Assembly: GCF_036321535.1 (NCBI RefSeq)
Contig: NC_087438.1
Location: forward strand, 2,482,001 to 2,546,000
Direction of reading: 5' to 3'
From: Camelus dromedarius
Taxonomy: Eukaryota
DNA: 64,000 nucleotides
Shown here: in pieces, positions 35,403 through 47,328 of the stretch
Numbering within the stretch: the first letter of the stretch is position 1
How the letters are laid out: every line of letters begins with the position of its first letter
Notes under the pieces: model-generated
What the model was told of the DNA's origin: nothing
The model's input: the letters and a program-made list of their open reading frames with translations, nothing else
Database searches by the model: none
Program-made: the position numbers and the translations under genes

Positions 35403-36682
35403 GCCCAGCCTGGACCACGGGGCAGGCAGCAACCTCATCTCACTGAGTCGCGGGAACACAGCACAGGAGCCTCCCTGAGGCCAGAACCCAGCCCTCGCCT
35501 CGCGCCTCGAAATGAAAACCCGCCCCGCGAGTCAGAGGTGCGCTTGGGCGCTGCGCCGGGCGAGATGCGGCCGGGATCTGCAAGCACACCTCACAGCAGC
35601 AGCTGCAGCACGTGCTTGTCCAGCCGGCAGCCCCCCCCCCACCCCGCACTCAGCTCTGGAACTCCTGTGTGGTGACAGGACCCTGGCTCACCGCTCTGTG
35701 CCTGGCCGGCCCCGGGTGGGGCATTGGCTCCCAGAAGCTGGTGACCATGGAGACGCAGGATCCAACCAGGGCCCCGGGCCAGATGCTAGGACAGCTGACA
35801 GCGCACACGGTGGGTACGGACTTCGGGTGCTCCAGGCCTCCTTGCTGACCCCAGGGGGTCCTCCGTGACCCAAGGAGGAAGGGAAGGCCTCGCGCTGAGT
35901 GCTCCCTGGCCTTGGGGGCTTCTTGCCTTGTGGGCGGCGGTAAGGGCTGCCTGATCCTGCAGACGCGCAGCTGAGCTGCTGACCCACCCGCTGGTCCCCA
36001 GGGCCCCGCACCCAGCTCGGCAGGCCTGCAGCTCCTGCCACCTGCCCCCAGAGGGCTCTTTCCTTGTCCCCTCTCTCTGCACCGACGTCACTGGGGAGCT
36101 GGGCAGACATGTCGGGGCTGCCCTATTAAAAGCTGTTTTCATGAGACCAGACCTAGTCAAACACAAGGATGAAAAGGCCCCCTAACCTCTGTTTTGATTG
36201 GCTACACGCTGCCAGATGTAATGGGTTTGGGGACGTCTAGGTTGTGGTCTGGGGACTTCAGTGACATGAAAAGACAGCAATTGTGCTGGAGTGTGATTTA
36301 TGGGGAAGCAACTGTCGACTGCCTTTTCTTTGGAGATTAAATAGCTTATGGACTAATGACGGGGCCCTTAGGTGCCAGGGAGTCATTCTCTAGCTTATTA
36401 GCAACAGAACAGTTAATAGAGACTGAGCTCACCTTGACAGGGGCCTTGCTCATACTGAGCTCCTAAAAGGCGCAGTCCGGGATTCATGGAACCAGCCTCG
36501 CTGGGGGCAGGGGTCTTTGTCCTTGCGCTAGATGGTCCAGAATAAATAACCCCTTTCGCTCATGAAGGTGAATTCCCAGCCTGGGTCTCAGAGGAGGCTG
36601 AAGCCCGGAAACACTAGTATCTTCTCACCCTCGTGACCGGGGCCTCTCATGGCCGATCACCTGTCCCCTCCTCCAGGAGGCC

Positions 36683-36698
36683 GTGCCCCCTGCTGGCC
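36683..36698 (-). promoter_or_regulatory. Consensus CTCF motif
   Basis: Minus strand GGCCAGCAGGGGGCAC fits the CCASYAGRKGGCRS core without mismatch. Binding is not shown by sequence alone. Confidence 0.5.
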
Positions 36699-37519
36699 AG
36701 CTTCCCTCCGCCCCCCCCACCCCACCCCGCCCCCGCCGATCCTGCCCACAGCACTGTCCTTCCCTCCCAGCACAGGAAAGCCCCTGACTCCGAATGCACA
36801 ACAGAACTCTGACCCACGGCCTTGGTCTCACAGAACTGACCACAGAGCCCATGTGCCCAGAACTCTCCAGACTCAGTCAGGGAATTCTGCCCTGTTTCTA
36901 ACTCAGCCCCAGCTGGAGAAAGCCCAAAACACTCCCCTAACCGACCACTCAGGATGCACTCCTTCATCTTCCCAGACCCTGAGCTCCATCAGGGCCCACC
37001 TGAGGCCACTCTCCCAGCTCCGACACACTCCACCCCTCTGCCTGCCGTTGGGTGTCTGCCAAACGCTGCCGCGGTGGCCCATCCCCTCACCACAGCCTCT
37101 CTGAGTAAACTGCCCCTCCTGGCTCTCCCCTGCGTGGTCTTCCGTGACACCCCCTGCTCCCCTGAAGGCCGTCATCCAGCAAGTGCGCATTAAGTGCTGT
37201 GTGGGTGCCCAGCACGGCTGCAGGTCCCGGCAGGCCAGGCACAGAAATCAGCACTGCCGACAGTGGGCTGAGCCCACGCCCCCTGCTCTGGTGCTTCCAG
37301 AAACAGGGGTCCACAGGGCAGGCCGCATCCCCATGGCTGGAACGCCCAGGACATGCGGACTCTGCTCCGTGAAGAAGGCAGGTGTGATGTACTCTGAGTC
37401 ACTCATCACGACAGCCAAGCGACATCAGGAGAAAGGTGTCCTCCAGCCGCTGCCCTGGCCCGAGCGGTGGACAGTGCCACGCCGTGAGGCCCTGCTTCGA
37501 GCACCTCTGCTCACTGGTC

Positions 37520-40500
37520 GGAACTTTACGCCCACAACTTTGACAACTTAAATAAAGTAGGTCAATTCTTTGAAAGAAAGATACTACAAAATGCACGAAA
37601 GGAGTTTTAGGCCTTGAACAGTCACACAGTTTTGCATCTACAGGTACAGTAGCTAGAGGCCTTGCCCATGAGCACCTATTAAGTGTGTTCAGTCAATAAT
37701 TAATCAGTTAGACCAATAATTAATAACTTTTAAAGAAATAAGCCAAGAGGCTCAGACGGCTTTACTGGTGATTTCTACTAAAGATTAAAAGAGGAAGTAG
37801 CATCGCTCCTCCCAACCTTCTCCATAAAATAGAAACGGAGAGAATGCGTCCTGACTCGTTCTGTGGGTCAAGCTTTACTCTCATATCAAAACCCCCAGGG
37901 CAGTACATAGAGTGAAAATTACAGACCAATACCTCTTACGCACATAGGTGTGTAATCCCCAGTAAAACGTTAGCAGATATAATCCAACAATGTATAGAAA
38001 GGATTGAACACTGTGAGCAGATGGGTTCACTCTGGGTATGCAAGCCTGACTCAACATCCAGCAATCAGTTCATGTGATCCATCAAACCAACAGCCTGAAG
38101 AAGTAAAATCACATGACCATGTGATAGATATTGAGGAAGCATTTAGCAAAAGTCAATGTGCGTTCAAGGCAAACACCCTCAGCAAGTTAAGGACAGAGGG
38201 AGTCCCCCTCACCTTGATAAAAGACGCTTACCAACGCCACCCCCCCAGTAAAAGACAAAAACCCCAGGCAAGCGTTGTGCTTGATGGGGAGACACCGGGA
38301 AATTCCTGCCTAGCATCAGAAACAAGGCGAGGATGTCCTCTCTCACCATTTTTATGTACTGAACTTGTAGCTGGTACAATAATTTAAAAATATATAAAAT
38401 TTTAAATTAAGAAGCAATACCATTTACAGTAATACCACGAAGGAGACATCTTCAGGTATAAAGATGTCAAAACATGTGTGTGAAAGTCCATAAAACGCTG
38501 ATAAAATAAAGCTAAGGAGATCTAAAATGCAGAGATATTTTGCATTCATGAACAGGAAGACTGAGCTTTATCAAGATAACAATTCTTCCCAGCCTGGTCT
38601 GTGGGCTCATCATCATTACAATCCCAATGAAAGTCTTAGAAAGCTGGTTTGTAGACATCAACACACTCCTTCTAAAGTTTACATGGAAAAACAACCTAAA
38701 ACACAAACCCAATACTGTAGAAACAAAAAAGGTGGTTGCTCACATGACCCGTATCATCTGATCTCAAGCCTTATGAAAGCAATGATAATCGAGAAGGCCT
38801 CGCATTCATGAAAGAGTAGACAGGAGGTCAGCGGGGCACAAGGGACAGGCCAGTGAAGGACCCGTGCGAATATATGTTCAGCTGATTCTGATAAAGGCAA
38901 TTAAATGGAAAAAGGGTAGCCTTTTCCATAGATGGTGCTGGAACAAAGGGAAATATATATGTTATAAAAGAACATAGACATAGATTTGCACAAAAGTTAA
39001 CTCAAAATGGGTAATAGGTCTAAGTGTAAAATGCAAAACTGTAACATTTACAGAAAAAAATAAATGGAAGAATCTATATGACCTGGAGCTTAGCAGTAAG
39101 TTTTTAGATACAACCAAAAATATCATCCATGAAAAAAAGTGACAACTTGGAATATAGTCAGATTAAAGACTTTTGTTCAGCAAAGGACACCTAATGAAGC
39201 CACAGGCTAGGTGAACGTATTTGCAAGACACATATGTGAGGAAAGATTGTATCCAGAAATACATATGGAACCCTTAAAACTCAAGGGTCAAAAAATGTGC
39301 ATTAGTTATAGACAGAAATCTCATCAGAGAAGATACACAGATGAAAAAGAAGCTTTTGAAAAGATCAAATGTCATCAGGGAATTGAAGTTAAAACAAGTT
39401 ACCAGTGTTCACAACTCAAAGAGCAAAAATCCAAAGACCCCGAGAGTGCCAAGTTCTGGCGAGGAAGCGGGGCAACAGGAGCTCGCACCCGCTGCTCACG
39501 GGGCTGCAGAGCGGTGCAGCCGCTGCGGAGGACTATCTCGTAGTTTTTTACAGAGTTAAACACATTCTCGCCATCCAATCCAGCGATCACACTGGATCCT
39601 AGAGATTTTTCCAGCTGACTTGAAAACCTGCACAAATGTCTGCATGTGAATCTTCATAGCAGCTTTTATCATTATTGCCAAAAACTGGAAATGAGCGAGA
39701 TGCCTTCAGTGGATAAATGAATAAATGAATTGTGGTTTTTGCAAAATAATGGACTGCCATTCAGTAATCAAAAATAAGTCATTACGCCACAAAAGACATG
39801 GGTGACACTCAAACTACTGTCGGGCAGTGGAACAAGCAAGACTGAAAATGGTACAAACTGTATGATTTCATTTAAGTGACATTCTGGAGAAAGAAAATTA
39901 TACAGAACAGAAATGGCAAACACATTCTTGGTTGTCAGGGTCCTAGAGGTGGGACGGTTCAATAGGTGAAGCACAGGGAATTTTTTACAAATAACAAATA
40001 TATTCTGTATGATACTGAGATGGTAGACACATGACATTACGTATTTGCCAAAATGTATAGAACCTAACAACACAAAGAGTAAAGTTCAATGAGTATAAAT
40101 TTAAAATAAGCATTTAGGAGGCAAAGAAATCCCCGTGTGGAAATAAGAATGTGATAGAAAAGTCTAACTGTATTATGGATGTATGAAATGACCTCACTGA
40201 AGTGGACGGGGCAAAGATGTTGACCTAAGTAACTCTGGAAATTTGTGGACACTGTGAGACTAATTAAAAACAAACCTGTGTGTAAGCAGTGTATTCCAGC
40301 TAGTAAAGTTTCCCACGTGGGTACAGGGTAACAGTTCCGAAACGACTATTTATATACACTGGAAATGGCCCTTCAGTGGACGGCAAATCACCGGCCCCAG
40401 GCACCTCAGAGTTGGAAGGACCGCAGGTCTGAAAGGGGTCAAGGATGTGGTAACTGGTTAGAGTTGGGGACACCAGGATGGGTCCATGCACGCCTTACTG

Positions 40501-41900
40501 TAGACGGTTGCAAGCTGAGACGTGTAGATGTGTGCGTAGACATGGGTCAGTAAACGCACATGTATCTATTTGTTCTGTCAGCTGAGGGAGCCTAGGAGCA
40601 ATGACTCTCCAGTAACAACAAGCACACTTAGCAGCAAATTTTGTTTTTTAGCACCAACATTTGTAATAAAGGAACCAGTGCCTCTTGGAGAAATGGGTGA
40701 CTTACTTTAGGACTGTGGTGGGACATAGTTGGGCTGAACCCTGAGCATCTTAGACTGGTAGAACATAAGGAAGTGCTCAGTACCTCCATCCACACGTGTG
40801 CGCATGTGCACAGGCATGCCCTCAGGTGAACATACACGCACCGCACAACATGGGCAAACGCCAAAGTGACACAGGAGCTAAGTGAGGGAACTCAGCACGG
40901 CTAAAGCCCTTCTTCTTGCGAGCAACACAAAGTGGCAGTGGGTTATATCCCAAAGTACAAAGTGAGCATTCATGATTCCATAATGATATAAAACATTGAT
41001 CACTAAATAAATAAATGAGAAAAATAGACAACAAATGTCCAATACAGAATTATTACGAATCATTTACAGAGATACCCCACCCTCTGGACCTGGAGCATAG
41101 TTCCCTCCTCCTTAAGTGTGGGTGCCGTGTAGAAACTTCCCCCTGAAGACTTCAGTAAGAAAGGGAGGGTGTCACCTTACAGTGGGAGGAACTGGGCACA
41201 GTGCCACCTAAGCCAGGTGATCAAGGTTGACGCCCACAGCGACAAGTCACGGCGAAGGTGTGGACTCTCGATACGATGCATCGAGAGGCTCTTAAGCCCG
41301 CGCTCTTCTGGGTAACGCAGAGGCCCCGTCTAATCGTGAGAAACCCCAGACAACCGCCCCCCCCCCGGGGGGGCGTTTTGCAAACTGCCCGATTGTTGCT
41401 CCTTAAAGCTGTCAAAAACAGGAAACATCTCAGACCGTCGCAGCAAGAGGCGCTTCAGGGGACGTGGTGGCCAAGTATAAGATGGCGTGCTGGATGAGAT
41501 CCTGGGACAGAAACAGGGCATTAGGGGGAAAACTAAGGATGTCTGCATAAATGATGCACTTTCATTAACAGTAATGCATCAGTCTTAGGTCTTTAATTCT
41601 GGCAAATGTACCATATTAATTAAAGATGTTAAAAATAGAAAAATGTAAGAAGTGTCTATAATATCTTTTTTAACGTTTTTTATTGATTTGTAATCACTTT
41701 ACGATGTGTCAGATTCCAGTGTAGAGCACAATTTTTCAGTTATACATGAACATACATGTATTCGTTGTCACATTTTTTTCTCTGTGAGTTACCACAAGAT
41801 CTTGTATATATTTCCCTGTGCTACACAGCATAATCTTGTTTATCTGTGCTTTTTTTTTTTGTAATTTTGAAACTTTTCTCAAACAAATTTGTATTTTTTT
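37520..41900 (+). mobile_element. Long ancient LINE-1 (L1MC3/L1MD-like, ~4.4 kb): decayed ORF2 plus long 3' UTR
   Basis: Broken ORF2 peptides (DHVIDIEEAFSKSQCAFKANTLSKL, ETRRGCPLSPFL, FARHICEERLYPEI), then 3' UTR blocks (gagatcctgggacagaaacagggcattagggggaaaactaagg, caaatgtaccata...aagatgttaaaaatag). Confidence 0.88.
41666..41850 (-). mobile_element. Young camelid-type LINE-1 3' end nested in the old L1
   Basis: ttttttattgatttgtaatcactttac...ttccagtgtagagcacaatttttcagttatacatgaacat...ccacaagatcttgtatatatttccctgtgcta. Confidence 0.88.
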
Positions 41901-42929
41901 AAGACATGCAATGATGGTCATGGGTGGAACTGAAGAAGGGTCTGGAGGGAAACAGGCTGCCCTCAGCCACCTCCCAGATGCCGTAGTCTGATGGACATTC
42001 TTAACTGGTTAAGATTAGCAGTTGTAAATTCACGGGACTTCATTGCATTTGATGCTGATAAAGCCCCCACTGCCCTTCCTACTTTGCTGGTGCCGTGGCA
42101 CTGTTGTCTATGCAGCGACACCAAGCAAGAGTAAGTCAGAGCTGGGCTTCAAGATAACGGCAGTTATGAGGCTGGAGAGGAGTCAGTCATAGCAGAGCAA
42201 GCGGCAGTGACAGTCAAGGGGTGGCTGGACTGTCCGATCTCCTCGCCGGCGCAGGCGCGTCGGAGGGGCGGTCCCCTCCCCAGTTGCACAAAGAGCCCGT
42301 GTAAACAGCCACTTGTGCTGGTTGAACTGTTAACCTTCAAACATCGTTTCATTTAAACTCAATTACTTACATGACCAGGGCCAGCGGTTTCTAAAAAGGA
42401 GCCTCTCAGTTACCGTGATAGGTGTTCTGCCAAAACCCAGCGTGAATTTTGTTTTCTTTAAAAACCACCATTTCCATATAATTGGATTAACCCAGCATGT
42501 GACTATGGCCAGATGCCGGACCTCTCTAGGTCGGGCAGCCCCCTCACGCGACTTCTCTCAAGCTTCTCTCATAACATTCTGAAGGTTAAAATTGAGCCAT
42601 TGGCTGGAAAGGACCTTCAAGTGTCCTTGAGAAGTTACAGCTGTGGGCCAGGAGGAAGGCCGCCAAGGGCCCTGGGCAAGTCTCAGATGTACGAGCCGCT
42701 GTGGTCAGAGATCCAGCAATGGTGTGCTGATTAATTGATTGCAACAACCTCTAATTTTGCTAAGATGTGTGTAGGGGGGAATAATTCTCAAGTAATTATT
42801 AAATTTGCAAACTGTCCAGGTAGTTGAGCTTTCACGTCTCCTTTTCAAGAACTATTTCACTGGGTGCAAATCCAGCTTCTTTCTTTCTCCAGCAACTTCC
42901 ATCTTTCTGTTCTACAGACTCAGGACTTT

Positions 42930-43140
42930 GACTAGGCAAATATCTGTCAAAACCCTACTATACACTGCGACTGCGAGGGCTGGGAGGGCGCCTGCCCTCA
43001 AGAAGCTTATTCTAGGGCAGGAAACGTGGAAGCACACAGGGACTCCGACGTGCAGACAGCTCTGTGAAAACAGAGGGAAGTATTATTCTAAACGCAGGGA
43101 AGGGACGGAGGAGGCGCCCTTGGAGCTGGATGAAGCTTTA
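42930..43140 (-). mobile_element. LINE-2 3' remnant
   Basis: caaatatctgtcaaaaccctactata...cctgccctcaagaagcttattctaggg matches the antisense L2 3' end. Confidence 0.5.
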
Positions 43141-43631
43141 AGCCTGAGGGGCACTCTTCACTTTGGAAGGGACTGGGGGTCCTTGGGCTTCACGGTGCTG
43201 GTGGGTTTCTGTGCGGACATTCTGAGTATGTTGGGACATTGAGAACCACACCACTCTCTGAATTTCTGTTGAAAGGTGAGGTTAGCATACCCTTCTGGGG
43301 CTTGAGATTAGAAAGCTGCCCTGAGTAGGGGCCAAGGGACAAGTTTTACAGACGAAGCCCCGTGGGGCACCTGTAAGACCACCCACAACATTTTTTTTTT
43401 TTGGAGGAAGTGACAGCTTCTCTTCTTGAATGTTCATAAAGTGCCGTTTTCCGCCAAGATGCTGGTCCGCCTGGTGGGGCTCCACCTTGATGCCCCGACC
43501 CACACACACACCCCTGGAGCCCCTTCCTCAGAGGTGCCCCTGGAAGGCCTACCCTCCTGGGGATGACAGCCCCTGACTCTCTAGCACCTCCCAGGCCTGA
43601 CTGCTTTTAGTTTTTTTTTTAAGTTTCATCT

Positions 43632-43728
43632 ATTTTTTATTACTATTTTTCAATGGAGGCACTGGAGGTTGAACCCAGGACCTCGCACATGCTAAACATG
43701 TGCTCTACCACTGAGCTACACCCTCCCC
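43632..43728 (-). mobile_element. tRNA-derived SINE, camelid type (vic-1-like)
   Basis: Minus strand GGGGAGGGTGTAGCTCAGTGGTAGAG (A box)...GGTCCTGGGTTCAACCTCC (B-box-like) plus an A tail. 12-bp TSD taagtttcatct (43620-43631) and taagtgtcatct (43729-43740). Confidence 0.93.
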
Positions 43729-46702
43729 TAAGTGTCATCTTTAGAAGGGGGACAGATGGATAACAGGAGATAGAAGGCATGGATACTGAGAAGATGTTGA
43801 CCATGGAGGGTCTCCAGGCTTGTCCAAGAGAGGCAGGAGTTTGGGCAATATTACCTTAGAAAGAGCCAAAAGAGATGCTGTAGTCATCCAGTCAAAGAGA
43901 AGAACGTGGGGTTACATTTCCCTGCTACCCACAAGAGGACCTGCCCCCACAGGCCATGGAAAATCAAGGCAGACACATCCCTGAGCATTTTCTAGGGAAA
44001 ACATGGTCTTTTCTGCAGCTGTTTGTCATGCGTGCACAAGGATTCTATAGTCTTTCCTTCCTGGCTCGGATTCGCCAACCCTCTGTTCGTCTTCCTAGCA
44101 ACAATTTTTAACCTTATATAATAGTTGCAATTTCAAATGCTAACTTTCCTGGCAGTGTGGGCTGCTTAAATTACGAGGTCTTCACTCCCTAGTGCGGGAC
44201 TGGACCCACAGATTGAAGCTTTGTCCAGTGCATGGATACACAGGACAGATACACAGGTGACCATCACTAAACCATCACTCCCCAAACTAAGGTAAAAGGC
44301 TTCCACATCTGGTCAATGCATTAATGTCCCTGCAAAATGTGTCTGAGACATTGTGCAAGCATATTGTCACTTTAATTCATATACACACTGATATATTTAA
44401 ATGGTAGTAAAATCATCACCATCTGAAGAGATTTGCAGAGATTTATAATAACATTATTGACTGTTACTCTATCTCCCAAAGTAGCTGAGGTCAGATTAAA
44501 AGTCATGTCACAAGCTGGAGTTTAACATATGCAGAATTTGAGCAAAGAAGAACAGCTTCCCTGAGATGAGATAACGGTTTATTAGCAGGGTGCGAAGTTG
44601 AGTGGAATGAGAAGACGGTTGTAATTATTGTGGCCGGCACAGCTGGATGGGTGGTTTGAATAGAAGGTCAAGACACGGAGCCAGTCTGACAAATTGTGGG
44701 AACTTCTATGACTCGTAGAGAATGGAGAGTAACTTCTTCCTCTTTCTTTTTCTTGGAGAGAAAGCTCCAGCAAGGCAAAGCCTTGACTTGCAAGTTTTTA
44801 ATTACCATCCCTCGATGGGGTTAACTGTGCAATTTGAGGAGGGACAAATTTTTCCTGAGATAATTAAAAATAGATTTTAGCAATTTCTGGAAAAAGAAAA
44901 AGACAAAACAGATGAAACCTGACAGGACCCAGGCTGTGGTAGATGTGATTAAGCAAATGTCAACATGAAAAAAAGAAAGAGAAAGAAAAACACACGATTG
45001 GACCAGTCACTCCTGTTTCACCAATAACATGAAAGGCCCATCCCACAGTGAGTTCAGTGCAACAAAGTGGCAGAAATTTTGGGAAGAGTGGGTTAAAGAT
45101 GGCTGGCTGCTCTGGAGCTGAGCCCACTCCAGGGATTTGAATAGGACGGGGTGGCCAGGAGAGGCCGCGTGGCCGGATGCGGTGGGCAGACAGTGTGGCC
45201 GAGAAGTGGAAGGCTTTCAAAACAGTAAATAAGCAGTCTGGCAAAGAGACAGACGGGGACAGGGCTACCCAAACAATCACAAGACAGGCAGCAGGCTAGT
45301 CAGAGGTGTGGAAAAGAAAGTGGACATTTGCTAAGGGTATTCTGTTTAAACAACTGAGCTCTCCAGTTGAAGCAAGCAGGCAGACCCATTGCTCCTGGGG
45401 ACCAGAGGAGGAGCGAAGCATGAGGGTGAGGGGGCCTGGAGCTTCCCTGGGGGCTGAGGGAGGAAGGAGGGGTTCCCTGCTCCCCCGGCACTCCTCCCAC
45501 TGAGGCTGGGGTGGTCTCCCAGAGACAGCACACACGGAAGCTGCGAATCAGTGACGTGGATGCGTAACTGGGCGAAACTCACACACTCTCCAGGGGAAAC
45601 CCCACCCCGATGCGGTGCCACCTGAGAAGCGATCCTTGAATACACTTTGCACTGGGAAAGGCATCCAGCCACTCAGAGCCCAGGGTTTGCATTTGTAAGT
45701 GAGAGCTGGGTATCTCCTCTGGCCCTAAAGTGTATTCAAGCTCAAGCCAGATGAACGGAGCCTCGCTGTAACTGCTGCACAGAAGAAAATGTCCGGATCT
45801 GGGAAACTGCTGCATGAAATACACTTTCCAAACTGTTGGGTCCTTGAGAGCAAATACTTCCTCATACACACGGCTTCCCCAAGTCCTCAGTTCTGTTTCA
45901 CTTGTAAAATTCTTTCAAGTTTGGGCCAAAATAAAATCAGCAAGAAAAAAAATCAAATAACTAAATAAAACTCAACGTATGTGTTCCTGAAGAGTGGAGT
46001 ATATGTGACTTTTGGTGAACCAAATCCTATTTTCTCATTGACGTGTTTTAACATTTCAGTGATGCTTTTTCTCACCGTCCGGTTGATCGTCAGTGAATGT
46101 CAGCTCTGATGGTTCACGTTACACAACCTCCATCTCTGGGTCAGCTGGTCCGTTATCTGTAACCCTGGCAGCTCTAAGGAGCCTGGAACGTTTCTGTAGG
46201 ATGCAGGCTGCCAGCAAGTTTAAGAGAGAATGTGCTCTCCATGCGGACTCCCCACCCACAGCTCCTGCTGGCACCCGGGATCCCGGCGACACTCTGCCCG
46301 CAGCTCCTTGCCGGGCGCCTCCATCTCCAGAGCCCCTGCTCTCACAGGTCCCCCCGGGTATTCCCCAGGGTCCTGTCCCCGGGGCTCCCCCCACTTCCCC
46401 AGCTTCTCCGCTCTTTCTTCATTGGCTCTGACCTCTCCTGGCTCCTGTCATCAGTCATCACGCAGGGTCGGCTGATGACCTGGTTCTAGATCTCCAACTC
46501 CTGTTCCCCTTGCCTCGTACGTCCCCGGGACCCTGACGCTCACAGTGCAAAACAGCCCCCATGTCTCCCAAGTCTGCCCCTTGCCTGTGACTCGTAGCCA
46601 CTGGCCACGCTGGATGCTAGGGGTCACTCTTCATCCTCTGTGTCCTTCATCCACAAGTGCTGAGGTTCCTCGTTTCCCAGGAGTCGTCCCCCTGGGTGGC
46701 CC

Positions 46703-47328
46703 TGAGGCAGGAAGGGGGCAGGGCACAGCCATTAGAGGACTGCTACAGCAATCAGCATCAAAGTGGTGGAAGATTCAACCCGAGGAGGCCTTGAGGCTCA
46801 AGATGACGGGAGATTCAACTTCCAGTAGAACCTGAGCTTCATTATACGCCCATTGTAACATCAGCATGGTGAATAGCACGCCCGCAGGCGCCATGGCAGC
46901 CCCAAGGCTGGCCACAAAAGGTCAAAGGGTGGGAAACGGCCAACTCCCCAGGACTCCCAGCCCTTCCCCAGGCCACTTAGACTGGGCCTTCCACTTATTT
47001 GCATATGAAGCCACCAAGCCCATAAAAATGGGCAACCCTGCCCCTCAAAGGGCTGCGACCCCCCCCACCCCCGTTCGGAGATGGCCCGCACTCTGTGGAA
47101 TGTGTACCTACTTTAAATCTGAGCACCCAACCCCCACACCCTGTGGCCTTTCTCTCGCCTTTCAACGTATCTCTCTGCATAAATCTACCTTCACTCAACT
47201 GAGGCTCACTCTTGAATTCTTTCCTGCAGGAAGCCAAAGACCTACGCCTGGCAGGGCACGTCCCAGGGGCTCAACCGAAGCCTGGGACACGGCCCTCCTC
47301 ACACCCCACGTCCGTTTTTCCTGCATCA
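46703..47328 (+). mobile_element. Solo ERV1-type LTR (626 bp)
   Basis: TG...CA ends; terminal inverted repeat TGAGGCAGGAA / TTCCTGCATCA; 4-bp TSD GCCC (46699-46702, 47329-47332); U5-like cttgaattctttcctgcaggaagccaa. Confidence 0.88.

Noticed and set aside
41355..41375. C10-G7 palindrome
   Set aside because: Homopolymer runs inside a decayed L1 3' UTR; no evidence of function.
43632..43728. tRNA gene
   Set aside because: The tRNA-like head is followed by an A-rich tail and flanked by a TSD, so it is a SINE; the same applies at 3365-3485.
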